64,000 nucleotides of DNA from Eledone cirrhosa (GCA_964016885.1 OZ024741.1:208320001-208384000), one strand, 5' to 3'. Shown: positions 15,779-28,900, numbered from the stretch's first letter. The notes: generated by a model from the letters alone, not told the origin. Made by a program: numbers and translations.

Positions 15779-15816
15779 CCTTTTGAAAAGCAGAAGAACT
15801 GCGAAACCGGTAAAGG
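15779..15816 (+). ncRNA. minimal hammerhead ribozyme, U3-A8 variant
   Basis: cctt TTGAAAA gcag-aagaa-ctgc GAAAC cg GTA aagg; stem III palindrome ACCGGT. Confidence 0.8.
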
Positions 15817-15947
15817 AACCAAATAAATATATATATTTAAAAAAAAAATAAGACTTCAGTTGCATTTTCTATTTCATCCCTTTTTCTTTATACTTCCACT
15901 CGTGTAGGACACCTCGGTTATTTTTCATTTTGTAAAAAAAACCTCAC

Positions 15948-15986
<39 letters not shown>

Positions 15987-15989
<3 letters not shown>

Positions 15990-16630
15990 TAATACCCCGT
16001 TTAACGCGTGGGCTACGTTCCAGAACCAATCGTGATAAATGAAAATCCGCGATATAGAGACCATAAAGACAACCCTTGTTTTCATGGTTTAAGCCTTAAA
16101 ACACCTCTCCTACATGCTTTAAGTATATATAAACTCACTAAAACACTATTGTATTTAAACACCAAAAACAGCCAGTAACGATCGTATAGAAACTACCACC
16201 AACCATTGTACCACTAATTACCAATGACGACCATTACCAGCCACGTTAGCCGTTTGTTATATAATGCGTGCAAGATTTCAAAGCTCTAGAATCACACTGC
16301 ACATCTCCTGTCAATCTATGACGTGTTTGTAGTAGATTAGAGAAAAACACAATCACTAAAACAGTAATGGAATGAAGAATAAAAACATTTTTTATAGTTA
16401 AAGCCTTACACTTACGCTATACACTTCAATCACATCGAAACTTATTTAATAAGTTTAAATTTTAAACACTTTTTATTCAGACGCACGTACCACGATCAGA
16501 AAATAAATATGTTCTAACGAAAAGCCTGCGATGTAGAGAGGATTGCTGTAATAAGAAATTAGATACGTTCCAAAGAAAAATCCGCGATGTAGTGGGACCG
16601 CGAAAGGTGAACTGCAATATAGCGAGTGAT

Positions 16631-16634
<4 letters not shown>
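15987..16634. mobile_element. pogo/Tigger-like non-autonomous DNA transposon (MITE)
   Basis: TA|cagtaataccccgtttaacgcg ... gcaatatagcgagtgattact|a imperfect TIRs; repeated aatccgcgat sub-terminal motifs. Confidence 0.6.
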
Positions 16635-16676
<42 letters not shown>

Positions 16677-16690
16677 AAATAACAGATTAA

Positions 16691-16741
16691 AGTTTAAGCA
16701 AAGAATCGCTGTTTTCACCCTTAACGGGATCTTCTGAAACT
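16691..16741 (-). ncRNA. HHR-like motif with U4A core (3' pLTR)
   Basis: Minus strand: agttt CAGAAGA tccc-gttaa-gggt GAAA aca-gcgattctt-tgc TT aaact. Confidence 0.55.
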
Positions 16742-17669
16742 AACAAAGTCAATCTGTAAACGCAGAACTGGATATTTCAAAAAACGTTGCAACCGGAGGA
16801 AGACAGGAAGACGATACTTTGGTTCGTGGAAACGTTCGCTGGCAAGGAACGGGAAAAAACGAATAATACGTCATTAATAGGAGCGGTGAAAAACAATTAC
16901 GCGCAAGGACAGAACCACGTTTATGGTAGTATAAAAGAGGTCGTAGACTAATGTTCTCTAAGTGGTGCATAGAGACGTTCTCTGGCAATGAAGGAAAAAA
17001 CGAAGATAATAAGTCATATGTGGAGCGTGGAAAACAATAGCACGCAAAGACAAAACCACGTAAATGGTATAGCAAAAGTCGTAGACTAAAATTCTAACTA
17101 GGAGACCAAATGAATCTCCGCTAGAGAGTTAAGAACAAAGTAAATAAATACAATACAGAAGTAATAGAAATAAATAAATACATACACGCAAACAAATACG
17201 TACATACACAAGCATACGCAAAACCTTACCATAGGTATACAAAACCACGCACATATAAATATGTGTGTGTGTATGCTTGTGTACAAATATATAAATAATT
17301 ATATAAACGTATATAAGTAAATAAATACGTATATAACAAGCGCACACACATACCTACATATAAAAACACGAATCTTCGGAGACGTAAGTCAACTAAAACA
17401 AGAAGTACACATATACACACACCCACCATACGTACGAACCTGCACACTCACGCGGACGCATGACTCCCGTATACACGTAGCCAAACCCTAAATACCAGAA
17501 TATATAAAAATTATACGCCATAACAATCAAATATACGTACGAGAAGGTATACATACCTTCACAAAACATACGGGTAATATATACTTACCTATGCAAATAA
17601 GTAAAGGAATAAACAAAACATATACTTAACTCCCACATCAAGACGTACAATATCCACGTATAGATCGTA

Positions 17670-19781
17670 CTATCCGTTAGGGTATAGCGTGGGGCTGTAA
17701 TACAGGAAAGTTTTGTGCAATTTATGTTTACAAGCCGAAATTGCCTCAGATTTTTTGTTTAAGATGTGGTCTGTGGCGTAGAGTATTTCCAGGGCCTCAG
17801 CGGCGCAGAGGTCACATGGTCTTTTATTTCCGTTATACGACCTAGCCCTAGCTAGGATCTCCCAGTGTAACTTATATGTGGTGTGGTTGTCTTTTAGACT
17901 CCAGATATAAGCTGAAAGTGACGTCATATTCCTTTTTAGAGGGTAACGAAAAGAATGGGTATGCATGTAAAGACGCTGCTTGAAACTATTGGCGGTTAAC
18001 CTTCTGTAGTCCCTACGGGACGTGGGTGTTACAACTTTACATTTGTAGACAATGTTACTAGAGAGGCATTTCCCGGATAGGGGGAAATCAGCCCGATTCC
18101 TACAATTACAGTTAGTACTAACTACAGGGTTGCACGTGTTCCTACGGCTCTAATTTGAAGCTGTGATGTTATGTGCAAGGTTAGGAGTCGTAGAGTAAGA
18201 AATTTTAATAGTATTTCTATTAAAAATGTTACTATATTTATGTGTAGGGGGAAAATGCTTCGTAATAAGGGAAAGAAAGATCTTAGCTAATGGTCTGGCC
18301 ACCTCCATATTATATGGTGGGTTAAACCAACAAATGCGACGGGATCTATTTCTTCTAGGTCTATTTTCGTACTCTGTATATGCTACCTTATCGACAAATC
18401 CACTTCGAGCAAGAGCTTCATTGTAATAAGTGGAATGGTCGTTGAAAATGCGCTCGTTGGTGGAAAGACGGGAAAGCCTCAACGAAACGTTTTTTACCAG
18501 GTTCTTGGTTATGCTGGCAGGATGGTTGGAATGCTTACTTATGTAATTAAGCGTATCATTCGGCTTTCTATACGGGTAATACAACCCATTCAATAAATTG
18601 AGGGTAACGTCGAGGTAATTAACGACCGAGAGATTGGCCTCAACCTGTATAGAGAGGTTGAAGCCTTTAAAGAAGGCTGTGAGTTCTTTTCTGAACCTGT
18701 CGCAAGCACGAGGTCCGCACTTAGTCATGGTCAAAAGACCATCGTCACGGTACAAACCACCGCCCGCGTTGGGGAATTCGTCCTTGATAGAGAAAAGAAG
18801 GAAAAGGCCAATAAGATCAGTAACCTCCGCAGAGTCACTGGCGCCCATACTCACGTCGAATGGAGTACTATTGGATTTTTTAATCCAAATAGAGTCGTCG
18901 AAATTAATCACCGACTTTCGGGCATTAAGGATGACATCAACTTCGAAATCCTTAACCACTGTGAGTGTTTTAGCGAAATTGATAGCTCTAAGGAGAAGTG
19001 GTAAAGTGATGGAGGAGTAGTAATTGTTGATATCGAATTGGATAAAACGGCAATGTTCCTTGTTACGTATGCCGTTGAACCAATCAATCACCGCGAAAGA
19101 ATTGTTCCACAGTGCGAGAGGGGCCAAACTTCTAATTTCAGGTATAATTGTATCAAGAATCGTTTTACTAAGTCTACCTAAATCGGACTTCGTAGGGTTA
19201 ATAAGCCGAATAGAGGGGTTGTTCGGAAAATTGGATTTATGATCCTTCAGGGTAAAGTGGGGAGAAATAGGGTCCAGATGTTCGGTCCGGTCCAAGATGT
19301 TGAGATCAGATGTGATTTTAAACCCAGCGTCGTTGATTTCATTGATGACGCACCGATTAGTTTTACGGTAATCCTTAGTTACAGCATTATGTAGTAGTTG
19401 ATGGTAATTACTGCGTTCCACTTGATATAGGTTGCCAGTTTTGTCGGAATGGACGTGCACGGCGTTAGAATCCTTAATAGAACGAATTCTATTCTTCAGA
19501 TCTTGCTGGAAGGAATTGCTCCTATTCCGAAATTTGATACTCCGAATGAGTTCCAAGACATCATTTTCGAAGGGTAGCAATGTTGGGTTCCACGGGGGGT
19601 TATTATAGGTTTTAAATCCAAATTTATCCTGTTTGTTGTCTGCTTTTCGCTTATTATCGAAATAAAAGGCACGCCAACGTAACCTTTTAATGAACGCGTC
19701 TGTTTTCTGTATCAGGAGTTTTAGGTATGTTTTCCTGCTTGGTACGGGTATGTTCTTTGTAGAAATATTCAAATGTTGTTT
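17670..19781 (-). pseudogene. Naiad RT-GIY-YIG polyprotein with one in-frame TAG at 18150
   Basis: STKNIPVP..KRLRWRAF, DKT, TLKDHK, QFDINNYY, MGASDSAEVTDL, LYRDDGL; ORF 17670-17966 is in the same frame (CNCR..CL..VYKC, CDLC). Confidence 0.92.
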
Positions 19782-19940
19782 CTGAATGATGAATACAAGT
19801 CAGTAGAGTGCTCAACCGAGGGAGCCAAATAGTAATAATAATAACATTGAAGACTAAAATCCAAAGAGGGCTCGATAAGGATAAATATATATCAAATATA
19901 TAAGAACCGTAGAGTAAATATTTATTAAATAACAGATTAA

Positions 19941-19991
19941 AGTTTAAGCAAAGAATCGCTGCTTTCACCCTTAACGGGATCTTCTGAAACT
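19941..19991 (-). ncRNA. HHR-like motif with U4A core (5' pLTR)
   Basis: Minus strand: agttt CAGAAGA tccc-gttaa-gggt GAAA gca-gcgattctt-tgc TT aaact. Confidence 0.6.
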
Positions 19992-20437
19992 AACAAAGTC
20001 AATCTGTAAACGCAGAACTGGATATTTCAAAAAACGTTGCAACCGGAGGAAGACAGGAAGACGATACTTTGGTTCGTGGAAACGTTCGCTGGCAAAGAAC
20101 GGGACAAAACGAATAATACGTCATTAATAGGAGCGGTGAAAAACAATTACCCGCAAGGACAGAACCACGTTTATGGTATAAAAGAGGTCGTAGACTAATG
20201 TTCTCTTAGGTGGTGCATAGAGACGTTCTCTGGCAATGAACGAAAAAACGAAGATAATAAGTCATATGTGGAGCGTGGAGACAAAGACAAAACCACGTAA
20301 ATGGTATAGCAGAAGTCGTAGAATATATATATATATATATATTTACATGTGTGTCTAATTAAGAAGCGAAGCCCTATTATTGGAAGTTAGATAACATCAC
20401 TAACGAATTGCAAGTTGAATTTCAAAAACGTCTTATA

Positions 20438-20830
20438 TACGAGGGTGGGCTGAAAAGTTCATACGCTGACTATGAAGGTATAATTCTAGAGCTTTGAAAT
20501 CTTGCTTGAATTAATTTAAACTCTTTTTATTTATACCTGCATTGTTTTGTTGCAGGTAAACTGACAACTGACTGTTCAAAGAAGACTTCAAAAGAAACTA
20601 GTAGCGACTTCTCTTGAAAATGGACAAAATCTGGCAACGTGGTGTTATCATGTACCTACAGGAAAAGGGTTTATCCCAAAAGGATATTCTCATGCTGACA
20701 TGGTTGCTACATAATGACGTTCCAGCTTTATCAACAATGCAAAAGTGAGCGGCTGAATTTATGAGGGTAGCGAAAGGGTAGAGAAAATATTGAGCGTGTT
20801 CACCACATGGTGTTGGATAACTGGAGATTC
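20438..20830 (+). mobile_element. mariner transposon 5' relic
   Basis: tacgagggtgggctgaaaagttc TIR, then decayed MDKIWQRGVIMYLQEKGLSQKDI..PALSTMQK*AAEF (mariner N-terminal HTH). Confidence 0.8.
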
Positions 20831-21116
20831 CTTATATATCAATATATATATATAGATATTATAAATAATTTCTCAACGCGATTGCATGCCATCTAATTTT
20901 CAAAGCCTACTCTAGTATAGGTCATAAAGAAGTTATATCTGGTAGTGTTGCTTATCTTTTAGATTGCCTGATTTAGTGTCTCTATGACTTATGCTAGAGA
21001 GGGCTTTGAAAGCTTAAGCAATATGCAACTGTTTTTATTTATAATATACTTTAGCTCTGTACAGAGCACTCTTTCTTTTTCTTTCGTTTATTATACGGAA
21101 ACTGTTGACACCATAA

Positions 21117-21167
<51 letters not shown>

Positions 21168-21169
<2 letters not shown>

Positions 21170-21960
21170 TGGATGAATACTTCAACAGGCACTAAGTACT
21201 TGTAGAAATATGCAAGGTGTTTATAATATTTGTGGTTCGGTGGTACTAATTTGAGATACCAGAACAATATAAAAAGAGCGGAGCAAGCGGTTATCAAACA
21301 ATTTTCTAAATAAACTAAAAAACGATTTAAATAATCACCTGTTCTATTGCTGTTACCGACGGTTTAACCATTCCAAATATTGTAAATCCAGAGAATTTCC
21401 AATGGAAAGAAATGGATCTTCAGACAGCTTATTTCCATACTATAAGGTTGCCAGCCTTACAGAAAGTAAATATTTCGCTTCCTGCCGCTCTTTTTATATT
21501 GTTCTGGTATCTCAGATTAGTACCATCGAACCACAAATATTATAAACACCTTGCATATTTCTACAAGTACTTAGTGCCTGTTGAAGTATTCATCCACTTT
21601 TATAATTTTTCTCCTTATGTAGAGAACAAAACGTTGAATAATGCTACTAATTTTAGTGGCAGTATCAACACGTTTATAATAAACAGCTATTATCTGCGAC
21701 CTGATTTTGTGTGTGTGTCATTTTAACGGCTTGACCGCATGCGTTGGGCAGGAAGCGAAATATTTACTTTCTGTAAGGCTGGCAACCTTATAGTATGGAA
21801 ATAAGCTGTCTGAAGATCCATTTCTTTCCATTGGAAATTCTCTGGATTTACAATATTTGGAATGGTGAAACCGTCGGTAACAGCAATAGAACAGGTGATT
21901 ATTTAAATCGTTTTTTAATTTATTTAGAAAATTGTTTGATAACCGCTTGCTCCGCTCTTT
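21168..21960 (+). mobile_element. non-coding HHR retrozyme-like element (unit ~467 bp plus inverted arm)
   Basis: 21168-21486 is the inverse of 21747-21955 joined to 21485-21598; unit starts and ends with ccgctcttt; (TA)n flanks. Confidence 0.8.
21805..21884 (+). ncRNA. type-I hammerhead ribozyme with extended stem II (mutated inverse copy 21349-21428)
   Basis: gctgt CTGAAGA tccatt...aatggt GAAAC cgtcg GTA acagc. Confidence 0.85.
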
Positions 21961-21979
21961 ATATATATATATATATATT

Positions 21980-22578
21980 AGTAAAAGGAAAAGAAAATGC
22001 TGACAAATTTTTCCCAGTGAAAAATAGTTTAATTAGGAATAAGTATAAATTAGTAATAAGTATTGGTTAGTATTCAGTTTTAGTTTTAAGTTTTTACCGG
22101 TTGCGCAATTCTAATGCTTTTCAAAATTAATTTTGAGATAGAGCGATCGTGATGTTTGTTCTAATCTGATCAGTTTGGGAAATTCTTCCTGTTTTATGTG
22201 AAAAAAGTGGCTCCAGAGGTATTAAGATTTGGTTGGTTGTTGAATGTCACGTGAATAAGTACTATAAATTTCGCGCCAATTCGTGTTGCAAAAATTCTTG
22301 TAGTCAAAACAATTTTGATTGGTCGGTAGAGGTCACGTGAATGTTAAAAATGTATTTTAGCGCGAACTGGTTTGGCGCCAAATGTAGGTTTGTCGAAGGG
22401 TGTCCTTTTTCGCCTGATTGAGTTGCAGTCATGTTGAGAAGTCACTGAAAAACATGTCTATAAGACAAATGTGTGTGTGTGTAGTAAAGAGGTTCATTGT
22501 TGTGATAATGGTCAGTAGGGATGTGTGTGAGTTGCAGTCATGTTGAAAGGTCAACAGTTCAGGTGTCTATTAAGACAA

Positions 22579-22644
<66 letters not shown>

Positions 22645-22740
22645 CAGAGTGGTTTGTGGTAGAGGGAATACATCGGTCAGTAGGAATGTGTGTGTGTACG
22701 TGTGTGGGGGATATTTTAACATGTTGAAACATATTTTTCA
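21980..22740 (-). mobile_element. diverged Neptune-family pLTR/3' UTR fragment
   Basis: Shares ttaccggtt..ttct..tgcttttcaaaa (decayed U3-A8 HHR near 22092-22128), aaagtggctc, tttcgcgcca and gtcacgtga with 10380-10720. Confidence 0.65.
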
Positions 22741-23171
22741 GCTCTTGTCTTATACGGAGAAGTGTGTGTGTGTGTGTGTGCGTGTGTGTGTATGTCTATT
22801 TCTATGTTAGTGTACGCGTGTGTATGTGTGTGTGTATGTGTGTGTATGTATGTGTTTATGTGTGTGTGTATATATATGTGTGTGTGTGTGTGTGTGTGGA
22901 TGGACCAGTATTTTTGTGATACTGGTACAAAATGGTGTACATTTTTCGATATTTTCAGTAATTTGCAAAAACGATTCTCTCAAAAGAACATCAAACACAT
23001 CAATAATAAAAGAGGTGAAATTATGTATAGTATTGTCATAACACCAAGGTGTGTGTGAGTGCAAGGGGAATCCATTAGGCCCTGCCGTATGGGAATACTT
23101 GTGTACAAATATGTATGATGCCATCAATGTGCAATGCATGTGTGCATATGTGTATGTGTGTGTGTCGGCAC

Positions 23172-23216
<45 letters not shown>

Positions 23217-23223
<7 letters not shown>

Positions 23224-23577
23224 ATATTTGGGGAGGGTCATGTTGTTATAATATTGCCAGAAATATATGAGAAACCACTCTCACTGTTTGGTTTGAGTTC
23301 GTTTCACTTCCGTATATTTTATATCTCTATAATTAATTTAGCTGGAAATCTATAGTCTCTCAGAGTTCATTCGTCACACACCTGACATCATCAGTGATAC
23401 TATTGTTTCCTCCCGTTGTATTGCTGTAATGTTTAATGTTTAAGCGAAAACCAATCCAATCCAGACTGTCAGTGTGTTTTATATATTTCTGACAATATTA
23501 TAACAACATGACTCTCCCCAAATATAACAATATTTGTTTCAACACAAGATTTAGTATCAAAAACCTTGCAAAACAAA
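23217..23577. mobile_element. small fold-back PLE-type terminus element
   Basis: 23217-23266 is the inverse of 23481-23533; homologous to 24826-25820. Confidence 0.65.
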
Positions 23578-23599
23578 TATATATATATATAAATAAATG

Positions 23600-23730
23600 T
23601 TTCTACTTTTGGCACAATGCCAGCAATTATCCCAGTGCATTACTGGTATTTTATTTTATCGACCGCGTAAGGATGAAAGGCAAAGTTAACCTCGGCGGGA
23701 TTTGAATTCCGACTATAAAGGGCCGTAACT
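23600..23730 (-). mobile_element. partial tRNA/Nin-domain SINE
   Basis: Reverse of gccgaggttaactttgcctttcatccttac..gtcgataaaataaa.taccagtaatg...tgtgccaaaagtagaaac. Confidence 0.85.
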
Positions 23731-23816
23731 CTTTGCTGCAAGTCCCCCAGTTTGATATGTTTTAAGGATTTTTCATGCTTGGTTTGAAAGAATAGTGTTC
23801 TTAAAAACACGAGTCT

Positions 23817-23855
23817 ATTAATGTTTCGAAACCTTCACAGCTGTTTCTTCAGAAT
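23817..23855 (-). ncRNA. degenerate minimal HHR
   Basis: Minus strand: att CTGAAGA aacagctgtgaaggtttc GAAAC ATT aat. Confidence 0.45.
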
Positions 23856-24008
23856 GAAAATGTTCATATTAATGTTGTATCATTAACATGCTTTGCAGTG
23901 GTTGTAAGGTTCATGAACGCTGTAAGAAATCATGGACACCTGATTTGAAATTTAAAGCATGGAATGTTTTATAATTAATTTAGTGAATGCTGCATCTATG
24001 CGTTAATT

Positions 24009-24134
<126 letters not shown>

Positions 24135-24137
24135 CAC

Positions 24138-24170
<33 letters not shown>

Positions 24171-24175
<5 letters not shown>

Positions 24176-24760
24176 AGAAGCAAAAAATTGCTTATTGTGA
24201 TCCAGTTTTTGGTTAAAAAAACAAATTCATGGATGGTTTCAACGTACGGTTAGGGGTAACTCCACAAGTTTGTAAGAATTCCGTTCAATCTTGGAGTATA
24301 AAGTATAAAAGAGAAAACACAGGTAAGCATTAAGAGAAGGATTTAATCCAGGTATTTACGACCGCTTCATTGGTAAGTGCAACCTTATATTGCTATACTG
24401 CAAATAGCAGCTACTCAATTATAATTGTTGTTCACAGTCTATATTTTCAAAATAGTGAGTTACTCTTGAAATAATTATTAATATATAGAGAAAAACATTT
24501 ATTTGGAATTGTATTTACTAGTATAGAGAGAGAGGAATCAGGAGGTGAGGGGACAGACGGCATAGTATAGAGAGAGAGGAAGGGGGAAGAGGTAGGAAGT
24601 AGAATGACAAACTGAGGTGGAGGTAGGGGTAGAGGTGGAAGGATTCTTTGGTCAGTTTTGATAGCAGACATCATGTCGTGGTGTGTAGTGAGTTAAAGAG
24701 AATTAAATAGATAATAGTGGGAGGGATGGATAGAGAGGGAGAGAGAGGGGGGAGATATAA

Positions 24761-24770
<10 letters not shown>
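24171..24770 (-). mobile_element. left arm of an inverted PLE pLTR pair (partner 31940-32410); HHR 24353-24454
   Basis: 24302-24770 is the reverse complement of 31940-32410. Confidence 0.85.
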
Positions 24771-24825
<55 letters not shown>

Positions 24826-24828
<3 letters not shown>

Positions 24829-25820
24829 TGTTATATTTGGGGAGGGTCATATTTGCGTAATATTGCCAGAATTAATAACAGAACACACTCACTGTTTGGT
24901 TGGTTTTCGCTTCTCGCTGTCTTTTATATATATATATCTGCGATCTAACTTACTCGGTCCTCAATGTTGCCATTGACTGACCGGCGGTCAAAAATAATAC
25001 AGATACAATATAGACAAACACATATATATATAGTTTACATAAATCTTTCGTTGCACATCTGCAACATCGTCAGTGGTGTTATATTCATTGTTCCTCCTGT
25101 TGTGTTGTATGTCTACGCCATTTTTTTTGTTCAGTCTGTCTATATATTTATTTATTTATTTATTTGCTTGTAAACAGAAAGAATGAGTGGAACAACAACA
25201 ACACCCAAACAAACAACACTGACCTAAGAGAAGTATAAATAAATAAGTAAATTAAATTAAATAAAATAAGATAAATAAATACATACACAAGCACATAAAC
25301 ACACACTAGTCACCCAGCAGACACAACACTATACACACTAGTCACACATCACACATAACACTATACACACACGCAAACGCATGCGCAAAGAAGACAAAAT
25401 AAAATAAGATAAACAAACAAGCAAATAAATAAATAAATAAATATATAGACAGACTGAACAAAAAAAAATGGCGTAGACATACAACACAACAGGAGGAACA
25501 ATGAATATAACACCACTGACGATGTTGCAGATGTGCAACGAAAGATTTATGTAAACTATATATATATGTGTTTGTCTATATTGTATCTGTATTATTTTTG
25601 ACCGCCGGTCAGTCAATGGCAACATTGAGGACCGAGTAAGTTAGATCGCAGATATATATATATAAAAGACAGCGAGAAGCGAAAACCAACCAAACAGTGA
25701 GTGTGTTCTGTTATTAATTCTGGCAATATTACGCAAATATGACCCTCCCCAAATATAACAATATCTGTTTCGACACACGATTTCATATAAAAAACCTCGC
25801 AAAACTAATTCATCGCCGCT
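24826..25820. mobile_element. fold-back PLE-type non-coding insertion (~345-bp inverted arms)
   Basis: 24826-25170 is the reverse complement of about 25419-25764; CTGACGA-stem-GAAA at 25516-25543. Confidence 0.8.
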
Positions 25821-25895
25821 ATATATATACACATATATATATATACACACATATATATATATTATGAAAGTAAAACAAAGAAGCCTTCAATATAT

Positions 25896-25930
<35 letters not shown>

Positions 25931-25981
25931 CATACACACACACACACAGACATATATATATATACACACATATATATATAT

Positions 25982-28900
25982 AGAGATTACAGTAATCAAA
26001 GTTCAGTTTAAGTCATTTATTTGCTTACAATTGTTTCCTCCAAACCGAGGTTTGGATTCTTCGGAGCAACTATTTATAACATACTTGACCTCCTTTTCAA
26101 CCCAAGAGACACATAAAACATATGCGCATATTGATCAACAGTGGGGTGACATTCATCAAATGATATAGCATGGCAATTTACATATAAAGGTTACAGGATA
26201 AAAATAAAATAAAATAAAAACAAGAGTGAAAATAAGAGTGAAAATAAAGATAAACATGAAGCGTTAGCAGTCTATGAAGATAAAGCAAGAGGAAAGCTTA
26301 GAGTAGTCAGTGTATGAAACAATCTCCCGTGTAGCATGCACGCGTGTCTTATCTATACATGATTAGAGTGCGTCAGAATGATATTTGCAGGGTCAGGCAG
26401 TTGAAGCAGGCAATCGATCTTATTATATAGGCTGAATTATTAAGTCATTTATTCTCATACATCTGTATGATATACAGTCTCGGATGCGGGGAAACACCAA
26501 AATATCAAAAACCATCAACATACTATAAACCTTATTGTATCGTAGGCAAGGTCGTACCACTGTCCTTGCTCACACCACCACTCACATAATCCATGAGACG
26601 CAATATATATATAGAGAACACGCGTCTATCGTGTAATTCGCAGTGGTTCAGCATATAGTCAAGCTATAAACCGTATCCAGTCGGTTCTTAATTAATATAT
26701 CATGCTGTCCAGATTCCGGAAGTGTCTGAATGACTAAGGGGAATTAATGCGTAAGGGGAGGTAACTAGCTAGTTATCTTAGTTACATTACTATGCTAAAC
26801 TACATTAATGGTGATTCAAATACGTGTCTATCATGTGAAGTTATAACTAATATCTAGAGTATGTTACCCATTTATAGGTTAGAGAGTTGTCCATTAAGAA
26901 GTACAAGGGTGTATATATTAGGATGATTACCATCCATTAATTAAGGGGTGTCATATCTGAACGTTCTATAAGAGGAGTCAGACTCTCAAGTCACTGCTCC
27001 ATGCAAATGTAATATAACAATAGGACCTGGTATGGTCCCACTATTATATATGCCACCCGGTAGGCTCCGGGTCATTGCTTGCCTGCATCTCCAGTAAATC
27101 ATCGGTATGGTCCGGAGATCCAATCTCTCATATAAATGCACTAGTCTGGCCATCAAGCAATAGGCAACCCCCGTCTCAAATATAAATCAATTATGTATCA
27201 CATCTCCAAGCTAGAGTGGAGTCTATTAATAGGTATTAAAGGAGTCCACATCAAGATGATTACGTGCATAATTCAATGAACTGATCGCTTAGAGTATATA
27301 ATCACTTAACAATACGATTATCTATCTAATCATCAATCTATCTCTTGGTGGTAATCCATGCACAGGACTATGCTATCGCAACCAGTACCGTGTCCCCAAA
27401 TTTATACTAATCTTATATTTGTGCAATGCAGAATAAGTAGTCCACGGTCGAGATATCAGTATTAGAGGTACAAGGGGGTATTCCCAGGGTAGGTGGTACT
27501 AAAAAGCTGTCAGTATTATCTTTAGAGTATAGAGATGGGTGTGGATGTGAGGTGTAAGGTGTGCTACTGATGTTAATTGCTAGGGGTGGTGCCGGTTCCA
27601 GTCTGACATTATTATATATAGGGTTTAAAGTTTTGGAACGAGTGTCGGAAGCGGTGTTGGCAATTTGCGAACACTTCTGATTTTTTATTAAGGAGATTAT
27701 GTTTAGAGAAGATGATAGTATGGGCCTCTAGTAGACAGAGGTTACAAAATTTATCAGGTGGTTTGTACGATGTTGCACTACCTACCACTTCCCATTTAAG
27801 TGTATATATTTTAGTTTTAGTTTTTAGATAGTGTATGTAGCTAGATAGTGAAGTGGAGTTGGCTAGACTGTGTTTTTGAAAGAGTGGAGGTGCGAATTGT
27901 ATCTAGTTTTGAAGCAGTTAGAAGTGGAGCCTATGTAGGTTTCAGGAGAGCTGTTAGTTGTGACTGTACATGAGTATATGATATCCTTGGTTAAGCATTT
28001 TTTATCTAAAGGGCAGGTTCTACTTGATCTACAGTTACAATTACTCTGGGTGCTAGTCTGCCGGTTACTATGCTGTGTAGAAGTTTGGAGGTTAGCTATA
28101 GGGTTATGGTTATGCGGGTTGTGGTACGCAGCGTTAATGTTTACACTAGTGCTATTACTATTATTTCCATTGATATTACGGTTATTTGTTATAATGTTAC
28201 TTTGACTGTTATTTTGAATGTTATTTTGAAGGTTTATCGACCGTTGTGATTTAGTTTGTTGGAAGTAAGAATTAATTTTTCTTTTATTTGTACTAGCTGT
28301 GGTATGCTAAGTTAGGCGTAGTAGAGTATGAGATCTTAATAGTGTTTTTGTTTAAAAGGCCGTGGTACCTGTGGCCGGATGGGAAGTGTTTACCTAGTAG
28401 TGAGAAGAAAGCCCTAGGAAGGTTGGTAGAGACGTTTAAATTGAAAGGAGGGTTGAAAAATGTATTATTTCTTCTTCTATTTCTGTTTTTTATGTCTGCT
28501 GATTTGTTTCCTTTAATGTTCCTATGGTCATTTCTGTGGTGCGGGTTACTCTTGTTGTTACAATCCCTATTAGTGTGTGTGCAGTTGCTATTCCTATTAT
28601 TAAATTTTCCCATGGACATGTTGTGTGAAATGATGTTGTAGCTATGTGTTTTTGTAGGTAGGAACTCTATCCCTGTATTATGGCCTGATCTAGCTAATGC
28701 CTGATTATAATACTGCGAGTTATTGTTAAATGTGTTTATGTCATAGGATAGATTAGAGATTCTATTAGATACTCCCTTAGAGGTAGAGTTCAATATAGAT
28801 TTAGGGTGGTTAGACTTGGTATCTACGTAGATGAGTTTTTCATTAGGTTTGTGGAAAGGTGCATATATCATTGAGTCTAAGTAGAGTGTGGCGTCTAGGA

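Larger units (their letters stand above)
10305..15955. mobile_element. Neptune-type Penelope-like element, head-to-head inverted insertion (~5.6 kb, ~2.2-kb arms)
   Basis: 10305-12487 is the reverse complement of 13712-15892; junction at about 13712-13720; HHR near both outer ends; (TA)n flanks. Confidence 0.93.
16672..20322 (-). mobile_element. near full-length Naiad PLE in partial-tandem form (direct pLTRs 16672-17085 and 19922-20322)
   Basis: ~400-bp direct repeats flank the RT/GIY-YIG frame; (TA)n on both sides. Confidence 0.93.

Noticed and set aside
18150-18152. Programmed readthrough or selenocysteine in a Naiad ORF
   Set aside because: The stop is TAG at a non-Cys position and the downstream domain has other damage (FPL for CPL, YRR for YIG); I saw no in-frame TGA at Cys positions in the copies checked.
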